64,000 nt of DNA from a bacterium (GCA_027482685.1 JAIXVU010000001.1:64910-128909); one strand, 5' to 3'; counted from the stretch's first letter, positions 10,612 through 20,376 are shown. Numbers and translations: made by a program. Notes: generated by a model from the sequence alone, not told the origin.

Positions 10612-10755
10612 TTATGCAATACCCGTGTGCACGTCTGTATGACCGAGAGATTCTAACTCCGTATCATCTGGTGGTACAAGAGTTGTCATTCCCATGTACA
10701 CAATAAGAATTGCAGTTGCAATAAACGCTAGAATTTTAAGTACACGAAAGATCAT
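10612..10755 (-). CDS. 47-aa single-TM small protein
   Basis: Hand-translated MIFRVLKILAFIATAILIVYMGMTTLVPP...; co-oriented with neighbours. Confidence 0.5.
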   Translation of the reverse strand: MIFRVLKILAFIATAILIVYMGMTTLVPPDDTELESLGHTDVHTGIA

Positions 10756-10770
10756 AGAATTATAATAAAA

Positions 10771-11040
10771 TTATTTTTTAATAAGCACCTCGACGCTAGT
10801 TGTTGCAATATCTCCGCGTATATTCATAAATCTTATACCAGACGGTGTGATACATACTTCACGTCCTTCATATACCAATTGATATCCCTTTTGTTTACAG
10901 CTATCAAAGTTAGTAACAGTATTTTGTATCGGCAAGCTGACATCTTGAAGTGCGTTACCGCTTGCATAAAGTATCAAAAGCCCACCTATGAGTAGACCTG
11001 CAACGAGACTGTATCCAATAGTTCTAAAAAAATTATTCAT
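10771..11040 (-). CDS. Small membrane-anchored hypothetical protein
   Basis: TM followed by VTNFDSCKQKGY...C.TPSG.RF motif. Confidence 0.7.
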   Translation of the reverse strand: MNNFFRTIGYSLVAGLLIGGLLILYASGNALQDVSLPIQNTVTNFDSCKQKGYQLVYEGREVCITPSGIRFMNIRGDIATTSVEVLIKK

Positions 11041-11054
11041 AGTGTTACTAGAAA

Positions 11055-11513
11055 TTATTTCAGCATATAAATAGCACACTTGGTAAATAATTCACTTTCT
11101 TGAAAAGAAATAACATCTGCATATTTTTTGCTGAATACTTCACAATATGCGTTTACTTCGCCATTTTCTTCAACTAGTGCATTATTGCGCAAAGCATCTA
11201 ACCAATCTGATAAACACTCCCTATACACAACACCATTTGGTTCATAAAAAGGACAACGTTTATCAATAACATCTGTTGCATAGGTTACGAACGTAGCATC
11301 TGTTATACCATCGTACAGAGAATTGCCTTTTGTTGTCGTTGCATTTGGGATTGTAGCGGGTGGATTCTTTTTTACTTCCTTTTTGGTTACTGTTGGTGGT
11401 TGTGGGGACTTCTCAGTAGTAAAGTTAATAGTATAAAGTTGCAACCCAAGGATCGCAATCAAAAGAAGTGCGATAAAAGAAAGCAATACCTTAACTGATC
11501 TTTGTGTTCTCAT
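11055..11513 (-). CDS. Membrane-anchored hypothetical protein
   Basis: N-terminal TM, four Cys. Confidence 0.7.
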   Translation of the reverse strand: MRTQRSVKVLLSFIALLLIAILGLQLYTINFTTEKSPQPPTVTKKEVKKNPPATIPNATTTKGNSLYDGITDATFVTYATDVIDKRCPFYEPNGVVYRECLSDWLDALRNNALVEENGEVNAYCEVFSKKYADVISFQESELFTKCAIYMLK

Positions 11514-11560
11514 AAGCTAATACTATTAGTATACAACTAATAACATTCATCTCTACTATG

Positions 11561-12286
11561 CTACTTTCCTTCAAAGGATACTTCCTTGAAATACCCTTGC
11601 AAAAAAAGTCCTTTTGCAATGTCTGCAGGTTTATTCCTATAGAGTACTAGATAGGTGGCTGGTAGCTCTTCTGCGACTTTTAGAACTCTATGGATATAAC
11701 TTACTGAGGTATCTTTCTCTGCATACATCATATGATGAGTATGTGCTACTGTATAGGCGAGGTCGTTTTCTACATCATCGTACTCCCTTGCATAAAGTCT
11801 AGTAATACTGTGATCGGTTGTAGCTAAAGTAAATGTTTCATCATCAAGGTATGGTGTAATAGTTGTGATGTTAGACTTTTGAAATATAGAAAGTAATGTA
11901 AGAAACTCTTTGTCAGAAAGAGTGTTCTCTAGTATGAAGAAGATTCGTATGTTGTAATCATAGAGCTTTTGAAATAGATGCGACATAACAATTTCATGAT
12001 ATCTAAATATCATTTCACTATCATCATCACTTTCATCTAGCGCGTGAAGGTAGAGCTCATTTATTCCAACTAGTACATCTTGTTTAAGGACAGCCTTATC
12101 AATATGAGTAGTTGCAAAGTACTCATCTATCTCGTCAGTGTGTGATGTTAGATATGTTTCTATTACCTGATCTTTTTCTTCATCTGTAATTTCTAGTAGG
12201 TTCAGTTTTGCTATTTGATCTTTGTATGTATAGAAGTGATTGATACACACAAGGAAGATATTAGGATTTGTATGATCTGATTGCAT
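11561..12286 (-). CDS. Acidic hypothetical protein
   Basis: 241-aa ORF, TATACT just upstream. Confidence 0.7.
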   Translation of the reverse strand: MQSDHTNPNIFLVCINHFYTYKDQIAKLNLLEITDEEKDQVIETYLTSHTDEIDEYFATTHIDKAVLKQDVLVGINELYLHALDESDDDSEMIFRYHEIVMSHLFQKLYDYNIRIFFILENTLSDKEFLTLLSIFQKSNITTITPYLDDETFTLATTDHSITRLYAREYDDVENDLAYTVAHTHHMMYAEKDTSVSYIHRVLKVAEELPATYLVLYRNKPADIAKGLFLQGYFKEVSFEGK

Positions 12287-12331
12287 GTGTACGTAGTATA
12301 CTATGCACTATTTTGTTAGATAGGTTTTGTT

Positions 12332-13207
12332 CTACTTTTCTTTATAGAGGTCTTGGTTGAATCCTCCTACCCCCACGTGCTCCATCTGACCATCATCATA
12401 GATAATGTGTTCGTATGGCATACAGTGGATACACCCCCCTGCCTTTGTATCATCATTATATGTTCCTTTTGGACAGGCAAATGTTTGTTCACCTTCACGC
12501 TTAGCTTGTACCCGCATTTCTTTTACTTGTAATGCGACATCAAATACAGCATTAAATGCTTCGTCTTTATTTGGTAGTGTAACTTCTACCATCTTGTCAC
12601 TCTCTAGATACCAGTAACTTGCTTTTGTTACAGTTCGACCTTGAAGAGCATTACAGAGAAGGAGATAGATCGGAAGCTGTAGCGATCCATCCCTCTCCTC
12701 ATGCTTTCCGGTTTTGAAATCTACAATATGGAGTGAGTCAGTATCTGGCAGATATTCTATCCAGTCAACAAGGCCGTTGAGAATGATGTTGTGATCTTCG
12801 CTTAGATAAAAGTTCGGTGCCATCGTCTCACGCTTGAGCTTGATGCATTTGTTCGGTAAGAATCGTGGATTCTTGATAACATTGTTGATCATCTCTTTGC
12901 CACGCATTTTGAATTGTTCTTCTTCATCTAATGATGAGAAGCCACCGATAGGACCAGAGACTTTGAGCCACGCTTCTTCAAAGCGTGCACGCAAGTCTCT
13001 GTCCATACGCTCGTGTGATGGGTAGTTAGCAAGATCTTCCAAGACTTCATGGGCCGCAATACCAAGCGACATATGTGGAGATATGATAGATATTTTCCTC
13101 CCGTTTTTATTTTTATAGACATTGTGCAGGTAGTAGAGTCGCGGACATTTGAGAAAGTCTCCCATAGATGAATGCGACACCCACACAGCTGAGTACTTAT
13201 CAGGCAT
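12332..13207 (-). CDS. PD-(D/E)XK nuclease family protein (RecB/AddB-like, probable Fe-S Cys)
   Basis: SHSS..DFLKCPRLYYL, G.AAHEVLE, GLVDWI..IVDFKTG, QLPIY, C..C..C. Confidence 0.85.
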   Translation of the reverse strand: MPDKYSAVWVSHSSMGDFLKCPRLYYLHNVYKNKNGRKISIISPHMSLGIAAHEVLEDLANYPSHERMDRDLRARFEEAWLKVSGPIGGFSSLDEEEQFKMRGKEMINNVIKNPRFLPNKCIKLKRETMAPNFYLSEDHNIILNGLVDWIEYLPDTDSLHIVDFKTGKHEERDGSLQLPIYLLLCNALQGRTVTKASYWYLESDKMVEVTLPNKDEAFNAVFDVALQVKEMRVQAKREGEQTFACPKGTYNDDTKAGGCIHCMPYEHIIYDDGQMEHVGVGGFNQDLYKEK

Positions 13208-13340
13208 AGTAAGTAGAGTATAGCAAAAACCTCTACATACTATGAACAATAGCCACATAACCTTGACAAAATGCGATTATATATACTGTTTTCGTCTTTC
13301 AAGACAAGACGTTCATTAACAAATGCTCAAGGAGAGCAAT

Positions 13341-14069
13341 ATGCAAAAGCAGATCAAGGAAGTTTCCATCTGGGGCGGTCTGATCATCGAGTGCCTCAAG
13401 AAGATGAAAGCTGTTGCCCTTCAAGGCAATGTCATCGCCAAGCAGGAGCTGAACGGTGTCATCGTTCTCGTCGAAGGCAACTCCGACGTGGACCTGCTGT
13501 TCCGCGACCAACAACGTGCGCAGTCGGGTTACATCGACGGCCTCGTTGGCCCTCATTCGAAAGCAGAACTTTCTGCCGACGACATCGCCAACGATCAGCG
13601 TATCCGTGAAGCCAACGAAGCACGTTGGGCGAAGGAAAGCGCTGAACGGAAAGTGATCCAAGACCAGAAGGAACGTGAATTCTTCGCCGAAATCAGTACC
13701 TGCCCTACGATGGATCGCGACGAAGCCAAGTGGCAAGAAGGCATCAAGGCGCAGAAAGGCGACGGCTACGGCCTCGCGGTCTACACCTACGCCGAGTACT
13801 TGGCACGTCTGATGCAGAAGAAAATGGCCGAGGGCTACAAGCTCGAAGCTGTCGCCGACGAGTGCTCCAACAAGGCCGACATCCCGTGTGGCATCTCGGG
13901 ATTTATGTACGGCTGTGCTGTGTCCTCTCTGGCGAACTGCTGGAAGCACGGCTAAGAACTCCGTGTCTGGCACAACAAGAAGTACCAACTCAAGGACGAA
14001 GGTGACAAGGCAAACGCCTCTGGCGGTGTCCTGAACCCTGCGCTCCTTTCTTATCAATTGATTTCTTAA
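13341..14069 (+). pseudogene. GC-rich orphan (phage-like) gene interrupted by one in-frame TAA at 13953-13955
   Basis: Frame continues with same codon style ELRVWHNKKY...GGVLNPALL to TAA 14067-14069; SD AAGGAG; terminator only after 14069. Confidence 0.7.
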
Positions 14070-14090
14070 GAAATCTCGTCACTGACGAAT

Positions 14091-14122
14091 ACCGCTCGCA
14101 ATATCTTGCGAGCGGTTCTTTT
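14091..14122 (+). terminator. Intrinsic terminator
   Basis: ACCGCTCGCAA-TATC-TTGCGAGCGGT followed by TCTTTT. Confidence 0.75.
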
Positions 14123-14140
14123 ATGTCCTACTACTCACAC

Positions 14141-14233
14141 AACTTTTCTATGAGAATTGCCTTGCACAGTGCGACGGCGCGAGCAGAGCAAAAAGCTAGC
14201 AAGCTTTTATGCGTGCAATTCGATGGAAAAGTT
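14141..14233 (+). repeat. Structured ~93-nt element, copy B (homologous to 6296-6387)
   Basis: Imperfect terminal IR AACTTTTCTAT..GAATTGC / GCAATTC..ATGGAAAAGTT with same internal core as copy A. Confidence 0.75.
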
Positions 14234-14278
14234 AAAAAAGAATTTCACGAAATGTTCATTGTATCGAATCACTTAAAT

Positions 14279-14593
14279 CTATTTCGAAATATCCAAAACA
14301 TCTTGCACGTTCCAGTTATTTTTCTTTAGTTCATTTATCGCATCTATGATCTCTTGCTGATTGCTACCATATACCTTAAACGTCTGCTTGCTACTATTTA
14401 CTACTACAACCATTTCAAAAGTTTCGTTATTTAGTTTTTTTAACTTCACGCTTTTCCCACGCGCCTTTACGTTAGCTTCTATAACACCAGGAGAAACGTA
14501 GGCCTGTATTTTTTTAAGAATCTTAAGGATATCTTTCGCACCTTCTATTGTCGTTGTGTGCGTTCCTCGTTCGTTGATGTGCATCTTTTCCAT
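14279..14593 (-). CDS. Hypothetical protein
   Basis: 104-aa ORF directly downstream of helicase gene. Confidence 0.65.
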   Translation of the reverse strand: MEKMHINERGTHTTTIEGAKDILKILKKIQAYVSPGVIEANVKARGKSVKLKKLNNETFEMVVVVNSSKQTFKVYGSNQQEIIDAINELKKNNWNVQDVLDISK

Positions 14594-14598
14594 AATAC

Positions 14599-17500
14599 TT
14601 ATATTCTACCCTCTATCAAATCATCTTCAAACTGTAACAACCCCTTATAACTTTCGCCATAGGCACTGAGATCAGGCACGATATCAAGGGTTACTATTTT
14701 TTTGTATACGGCTTGTACTAGTTTCTTAGTACGTTCTATTTCTGCTTCGTCAGCATCAAGTACTAGTTCTGTGAACTTCTTCTCTTCTACGAACCAAAGT
14801 GAGAGTTTACCAACGGGGTAGTCTCTGTAATGAATAGAATTCTCAAGGAGAAGTTTGTATACAATGAGCTGTTGGCGATACTTATGAAGCTTGATTTTGT
14901 CACTATCAGTTTTTCCTTCATCCCACCGAGTAAATGCTTTACCGGTTTTAAAATCTACAACATGGTATCGCTTATCTCGTAGTTGTAGTAAATCAAGTTT
15001 TCCGATGATATGAGCTTCCCCTATCATCACACCTTCATCACGCATATCTACCTCTATCTTGTCGTCTTGTGTGAACATACCATCAGTCATCTGATAGAGA
15101 CTTGCTAGCACTTCTTCTCCACGAGAGGATTGCTTGGTGACTTCATACGACGGCAATCTACCACGCGAGAGCTCTTTCTTAAAAATTATCATGAGATGTT
15201 CCATAGATGGATGCTTGCCATCGTTATACTTTGGATACATAACTAACTCTTCAAGTGCTTTGTGTATTGCGGATCCATACACACCGGACGGGTTCATCGG
15301 TTGAGGAAATCGTAAAAGATTCTGCTCAATGAAGTATAACGGCCCTCCGTCTTTGATATTAGTGAAGTTATTAAGGTGAGTAACTGGCATCTTGTAATTC
15401 TGTACGAGACGCTTAAGAAGAGCCCACTCATTCTCCTTAAATGGTGTTTTATAAAGCGAAAGCGCACTCTCATGAGCCTCAACCGGCATATCAGATGTTG
15501 CAAGTAACTCACCAGCTGGCAGATATCTCACAGGAGTATCATGGCTCGTTAGATGAAGTGTATGCTTAGCGCGAGTTATCGCAACATAGAGCAATCGGAT
15601 GAAGTCGTCCTCAGTATCTCCAGCTGGTTGCATGAGTGGTACAAGAGGTGATGGGAGTGGGGCGATGTTGGTCTTTGGAGCTCGTGTCCATGAGCTATCG
15701 TGGACTGATATCAGATACACCACCTCAAATTCTAAACCCTTTGACGCATGTGCAGTCATCAGTTGTACGGAGTTCTCATGCTTCATAAATGGTGACTCAC
15801 TAACAAGAGCAATCTCATGATCTATATGCATCTGAACGAATGGTTCTACATCAGTCACATAAAGCGTCTCCCCTTCTTTCCAGACACGAAGAGATTCGAT
15901 AAATGTCTTAAGTGATGCAAGGAATGCGACGTACGTCGTCGGACTCTTCTGTATAAGTTCTCTAGAAAAATAATAATTCTTGAAACCGCTTCCTTCCATG
16001 AATTTTTCTAAAATATGTTCAAGTGGTGTGGATTCACTTTCAATTGTTAACTGAGCAAAGAGTTTGCCGAGAGTTTGTAGTTTAGTATCTGTTGTTGTTA
16101 TGAGCATCTCAGTCCATGTCATATGTGACTCTTTAGCAGTAACAGCAAGAGTAAACAATGTCTCACGGTCAATCTCGAAGCATGTATGCGATAGAAGATG
16201 TGGCAAAATGTGATCCTTGGTACTTTCATTACGAAGAACTGATGAGATGTATGATGAGAACTCTATGAGAATCTTCACATGAGGCTCATCAAACACATTT
16301 GCCTTCTTTATATACTCATACGGAATGTCTGCTCTATCTAAGTATGGGAGTATCGCACGTAGCTCTTTATGTCCACGACTAAGTATCGCTATCTCCTGTG
16401 CTGGAATACCGGCATCTAGTTGTGCGCGGATACTACGAGCAATATGTGTGTATTCTTCTACATCAGAGGATGATTGTAGTATGTGTATACCCCCACCTTT
16501 TAATGAACTATTTTTTGCGGTTAGAATTTTTTGGATATCATCATATTTGTTTTCTAGCCTTCCTTTACCTTGTGTGATGAGTGTACGAGCAAGATCAAGG
16601 ATAGGCTGTGTTGAGCGATAGTTTTTATCAAGCACTATGGTTGTTACGTCTTTGTAGAGAGCATCTCGGAAGCGCATTATATGTGAAATCTCCGCACCTT
16701 GGAACTTGTATATCGCCTGATCATCATCTCCTACTACACAGACATTTGGTCGCCCTTCGTGTACTCTGTTACTGCTAATGTGACGCACTAGTAACATCTG
16801 AGCCTCATTGGTATCTTGGAACTCATCTATCATAATGTACTGATATTGTTCTTCAAGACTATTACGAAGTATCTCGTTATCGGCAAGTGCATGTACCACC
16901 TCAATTATCATATCGTCGTAGTCATAGAGTGCACGTTTATACATCTCCTCGCTGTATTTTGTATAGAGCTCTGCAACCGCGAATATCTTTTCTTTGTTAT
17001 GACCATCTTTGAGTATCCATACACTATCTACTTTTACCATAAACTTGTCTCTCCAGTCAGCAAGCGGCTCAGTCTTTTCTAACACTTCAGATGCTTCTAT
17101 CGCAGAAGTAAGCGTTGAAGCTAGGTAGAGTGATGTAGTACCTGCGAGATATTGTAATGAGTTGGCAATTTCGGTTAATACGTGTAGGTTTTTTATTGAT
17201 AATCTTTCTGGCCAAGTGGTAAGAATAGTATTTATGCTCTCATATTCCTCAGGAAGTTTACGTATAACTGCAAGGTATTCTTCTGCTGTATATCCGTAAC
17301 TTTTGATATGTTTTATTCTATCCTTTACATGACTTAGATATGAGTAGCCCATCTCTGGGTGAAAGCTCGCGAGCGGATGTCCGTGTGGAAGCGTGGCAAA
17401 AATCGACTGGAGTATCTCTGCGCGTGCTACGTCATTTGCCTGTGAGAAGTGTGATGCTTTCCAAAAATATTCTGGGAATCTCGCTATAATATGATTACAA

Positions 17501-17796
17501 AATCCATGAAAGGTAAATATTGAAACTCTATACGCATCCGCTCCAATTAACCCATGCAATCGTTCTCGCATATTAGTAGCGCCATTATCTGTAAAAGTAA
17601 GACATAGAATATTCTTAGGCGACACGTCACGAGAGCGTAAGATATTACCAACGCGGAGTGATAACAGCTCTGTTTTACCACTTCCTGGACCTGCTATTAC
17701 CATCACAGGACCATCTATTGTCTCAACAGCTAATCGTTGTTCGTTGTTAAGTGTGGCGAGACGTGCATCAAATGATTGTGGTTTACTTTTTTCCAT
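14599..17796 (-). CDS. UvrD/PcrA-family ATP-dependent helicase with C-terminal PD-(D/E)XK nuclease (AddA-like)
   Basis: AGPGSGKT, IDEFQD, VGDDDQAIY, NYRS, TAHASKGLEF, LLYVAITRAK; C-terminal GKLD..VVDFKTG. Confidence 0.93.
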   Translation of the reverse strand: MEKSKPQSFDARLATLNNEQRLAVETIDGPVMVIAGPGSGKTELLSLRVGNILRSRDVSPKNILCLTFTDNGATNMRERLHGLIGADAYRVSIFTFHGFCNHIIARFPEYFWKASHFSQANDVARAEILQSIFATLPHGHPLASFHPEMGYSYLSHVKDRIKHIKSYGYTAEEYLAVIRKLPEEYESINTILTTWPERLSIKNLHVLTEIANSLQYLAGTTSLYLASTLTSAIEASEVLEKTEPLADWRDKFMVKVDSVWILKDGHNKEKIFAVAELYTKYSEEMYKRALYDYDDMIIEVVHALADNEILRNSLEEQYQYIMIDEFQDTNEAQMLLVRHISSNRVHEGRPNVCVVGDDDQAIYKFQGAEISHIMRFRDALYKDVTTIVLDKNYRSTQPILDLARTLITQGKGRLENKYDDIQKILTAKNSSLKGGGIHILQSSSDVEEYTHIARSIRAQLDAGIPAQEIAILSRGHKELRAILPYLDRADIPYEYIKKANVFDEPHVKILIEFSSYISSVLRNESTKDHILPHLLSHTCFEIDRETLFTLAVTAKESHMTWTEMLITTTDTKLQTLGKLFAQLTIESESTPLEHILEKFMEGSGFKNYYFSRELIQKSPTTYVAFLASLKTFIESLRVWKEGETLYVTDVEPFVQMHIDHEIALVSESPFMKHENSVQLMTAHASKGLEFEVVYLISVHDSSWTRAPKTNIAPLPSPLVPLMQPAGDTEDDFIRLLYVAITRAKHTLHLTSHDTPVRYLPAGELLATSDMPVEAHESALSLYKTPFKENEWALLKRLVQNYKMPVTHLNNFTNIKDGGPLYFIEQNLLRFPQPMNPSGVYGSAIHKALEELVMYPKYNDGKHPSMEHLMIIFKKELSRGRLPSYEVTKQSSRGEEVLASLYQMTDGMFTQDDKIEVDMRDEGVMIGEAHIIGKLDLLQLRDKRYHVVDFKTGKAFTRWDEGKTDSDKIKLHKYRQQLIVYKLLLENSIHYRDYPVGKLSLWFVEEKKFTELVLDADEAEIERTKKLVQAVYKKIVTLDIVPDLSAYGESYKGLLQFEDDLIEGRI

Positions 17797-18385
17797 GAAT
17801 AGAAGCGAGATTTTCTAGTTCTTCAATGCCTGTCATTAGACGAGAAATTAAAAGATGATCATCACCTAACTTTTTACGGACGATACTGTGAACTTCTTTG
17901 TGATACCATATAGTGCTATCTAGCCCAGACGCAAATGTTTTTAGAAAAACATCATTATCATGGACTGCGCCATGGATAATACTCTCTGTATTGTGAATTT
18001 TATCTGCGAGTGATACTAACGCACTTTCGGTTGTTCCACCTTCTAGTTTTTTTAGATACACTTGTTTACGTGTAAGCCACGGAAGCTGTTCATTTTTGGT
18101 CTTATTAGCATCAAGAGGTTCTGTTACGTTATAAACAATATCCGCAACACGCTTGCCGCAATCTTGTACGAGATTATCATACGTGTAATTAGGCACATCT
18201 TCTAGTGCGTCGTGCATGAGCCCTGCGATGATAACATCTTCATCAGTTGTCACTTCACGTAGCAACATTGCAACAGCAACCAGATGACTGATGTATGGAG
18301 TATTGTGGCTGTCTTTTCGTGATTGGGTGTGATGGAGACGAGATGCAAGTTTGATTGCTTGATTAATTCGTGGAGTAAAATGCAT
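17783..18385 (-). CDS. HD-domain protein, (p)ppGpp hydrolase-like (small alarmone hydrolase type)
   Basis: H..Q.RK...PYISHL.AVA, AGLMHDALED, ADKIHN motifs. Confidence 0.85.
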   Translation of the reverse strand: MHFTPRINQAIKLASRLHHTQSRKDSHNTPYISHLVAVAMLLREVTTDEDVIIAGLMHDALEDVPNYTYDNLVQDCGKRVADIVYNVTEPLDANKTKNEQLPWLTRKQVYLKKLEGGTTESALVSLADKIHNTESIIHGAVHDNDVFLKTFASGLDSTIWYHKEVHSIVRKKLGDDHLLISRLMTGIEELENLASIHGKK

Positions 18386-18596
18386 ATAGTCTTAGTATAC
18401 CAAATATACAGGTAAGATGTCAGAGTGGGATAGTATACTTTTAATAAACGTCTCCACTATTGATAAAAATGGTAAGTTATAGTAGTATAGAAATGGATTT
18501 TGTAAAGATTGACTTTTCTAAGCGATGTTTTGTTACAACGCCTTATGAGGCAAAGGAGATGACGCATGCAAGATACTTCACTACCCCCCCTACATC

Positions 18597-19040
18597 ATGT
18601 CATGGGGCAAGTTCCAAAGCACGGGTGATCAAGTAGAAGCTCTTGTTTCTCGAAAGCAAGAGAACAGTCTGTGGGCAAGTTTAGACGGCATAACAAAGGT
18701 GCTTCTTGTACTCTATGTTGCCTTGCTGACGGTTCTCTTTGCTGGTATAAGTATGTACATGCTCTACCTCCTGAGCATCTCAAGAGTTTTCGGGGTTAGT
18801 GCGCTTCAAGTCACATCGCTCGTTGCTGTACCTCTTGTTGTGATAGGTCTCTGGCGTATCATCAGGAATAATAAGAGAGTTCTTCACCCAAAGGTGATCG
18901 GACTTGTCTCCGTCGTTTGCCTGTTCAATACATACATCTTGTATGTCAATAACTGGGTACCGATGTGGGCATATCTTGTACTATGTGCAATCTGCATTGC
19001 ATGTATGCTAGTGGCTGCTTACTTCAACAAACGGGCATAA
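18597..19040 (+). CDS. Orphan 4-TM membrane protein (true start possibly 18566 via C7 tract)
   Basis: Hydrophobic segments; terminator-like hairpin at ~19078-19107. Confidence 0.7.
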   Translation: MSWGKFQSTGDQVEALVSRKQENSLWASLDGITKVLLVLYVALLTVLFAGISMYMLYLLSISRVFGVSALQVTSLVAVPLVVIGLWRIIRNNKRVLHPKVIGLVSVVCLFNTYILYVNNWVPMWAYLVLCAICIACMLVAAYFNKRA

Positions 19041-19176
19041 CAATATATGCCACCACTGGTTAAGGAGATGACCATAGACCCCCTACAGCGTAATGCTGAG
19101 GGGGTTTCTTATTGATATCTAAAATTTGCAAAGCCATGGCCCTGTACAAGCGTATTTGGTACAAATAATATAGAAC

Positions 19177-19204
19177 TTGACAGAATAAATATAGTAAGTA
19201 TAAT
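19177..19204 (+). promoter_or_regulatory. Consensus sigma70 promoter inside a 13-bp inverted repeat
   Basis: TTGACA-16 nt-TATAAT. Confidence 0.7.
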
Positions 19205-19265
19205 ATATATCGGATTGTGTCAAGTTCTATGTTTTTCAACCAACGATCACGAAAGGATCCTAACC

Positions 19266-19784
19266 ATGCGCTCACCGACTCAATGGCTGGCCGACCTCAT
19301 CGAGCCCCTCCTCCGTCGCATTGGCAGCTCAAGTCCGCTAAATGCAATCGCGACAAGCGAAAACTTCAAAGGCGTCGACAAAAAAACCAAAAGTCTTGAG
19401 AAGGGCTTCGCCACTTTTGTGAATGGCTTCGAAATCTGGTCTTTTGTCCTCGGATGGATCATCCTGTTAGTGGGGGTCGTCGCTTTTGTGATGAACATCA
19501 CCGGCGTCGTCCCTATCTATGCGGTAGGACTCTCAGGACTTTTCCTGATGATCCTTGGTTCGCTTCCTGTGATGACAGTGAACTTCTGCCGGTTCATGTT
19601 TGCGGGAATGAAATGGCACTTACTGTCTTTTATTCCAGCAGCTTGTATGTTCGCTTATGCGTTGCAGTTCATCCAGACTAAGGGAATTGCTGATATCAAT
19701 GCTGTGCAGAGCATTGTCATGTTCAACGCCTTCCTCGGTGCGCTGTGGACACTGAGATGGTTCTATAACTTCATCAGAAAGTGA
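19266..19784 (+). CDS. Orphan 4-TM membrane protein
   Basis: SD AAGGA + ATG 19266; hydrophobic segments; GC-richer codons. Confidence 0.75.
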   Translation: MRSPTQWLADLIEPLLRRIGSSSPLNAIATSENFKGVDKKTKSLEKGFATFVNGFEIWSFVLGWIILLVGVVAFVMNITGVVPIYAVGLSGLFLMILGSLPVMTVNFCRFMFAGMKWHLLSFIPAACMFAYALQFIQTKGIADINAVQSIVMFNAFLGALWTLRWFYNFIRK

Positions 19785-19791
19785 TGAAGAC

Positions 19792-19821
19792 AAGGCCCGA
19801 GCGCGTACGCGCTCGGGCCTT
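19792..19821. terminator. Perfect 30-bp GC palindrome, bidirectional terminator candidate
   Basis: AAGGCCCGAGCGCGTACGCGCTCGGGCCTT between convergent ORFs. Confidence 0.65.
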
Positions 19822-19833
19822 TCGCAAGACACA

Positions 19834-19899
19834 CTACTTTGTCTTTACCTTCTTTGGTTTCTTTAACTCTTTTTTGTGATATTTTTCTTCTTTTGCCAT
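19834..19899 (-). CDS. 21-aa Lys-rich peptide MAKEEKYHKKELKKPKKVKTK
   Basis: TATACT 8 nt before ATG as for backbone genes; terminator follows. Confidence 0.45.
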   Translation of the reverse strand: MAKEEKYHKKELKKPKKVKTK

Positions 19900-19977
19900 A
19901 TGATACTAGTATACGACCTTCTTACATAAATTATGTGTTAGACCTGTGTACAATGCTAATTAAAGTTAAACTTCTAA

Positions 19978-20355
19978 TTATTTATGACAGAGTTTAGATA
20001 ATGTACGACCAGTAGCAATAGCCTCTGCCTCAGTCTTGAAATATATTTTATTTTTAGTGGATATTTTACTTGACCCACTACACCACGTAAATGTATATGT
20101 CTTGCCTTTACTGCTAGCAAATGGAAGATTTGCATCGGGTATACTCCCAGATGCTTCCTGTGGGACTCTCTCTCCTTCTCTATAGCTAACATCGGATGCT
20201 GAGACAGTAATGGTAAGGATATATAGTGTTGTTCCCGTAAGAATAAGACTTGTCGAAGAAACCCCTATTACGTCTAGAATAGATAGCCTGCTATTGATTT
20301 TCTTTGCATAATCTTGTATACTATGTAGCACATTAGGTAGATTAAATCGGTTCAT
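19978..20355 (-). CDS. Membrane-anchored protein with Ada-like metal-binding C-terminal motif
   Basis: ASSKGKTY...WC....I...N.IYF.T..EA...G...SKLC. Confidence 0.7.
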   Translation of the reverse strand: MNRFNLPNVLHSIQDYAKKINSRLSILDVIGVSSTSLILTGTTLYILTITVSASDVSYREGERVPQEASGSIPDANLPFASSKGKTYTFTWCSGSSKISTKNKIYFKTEAEAIATGRTLSKLCHK

Positions 20356-20376
20356 CCGAGTATTATAATATAAGCT

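Noticed and set aside
12332-13207. Cas4 / CRISPR adaptation gene
   Set aside because: Generic PD-(D/E)XK nuclease with no cas1/cas2 or array nearby
13263-13287. Canonical promoter TTGACA...TATACT
   Set aside because: Spacer is only 13 nt, so it is not listed as a feature
13299-14057. 252-aa minus-strand ORF
   Set aside because: Antisense shadow of the GC-rich plus-strand gene, which has the SD and terminator
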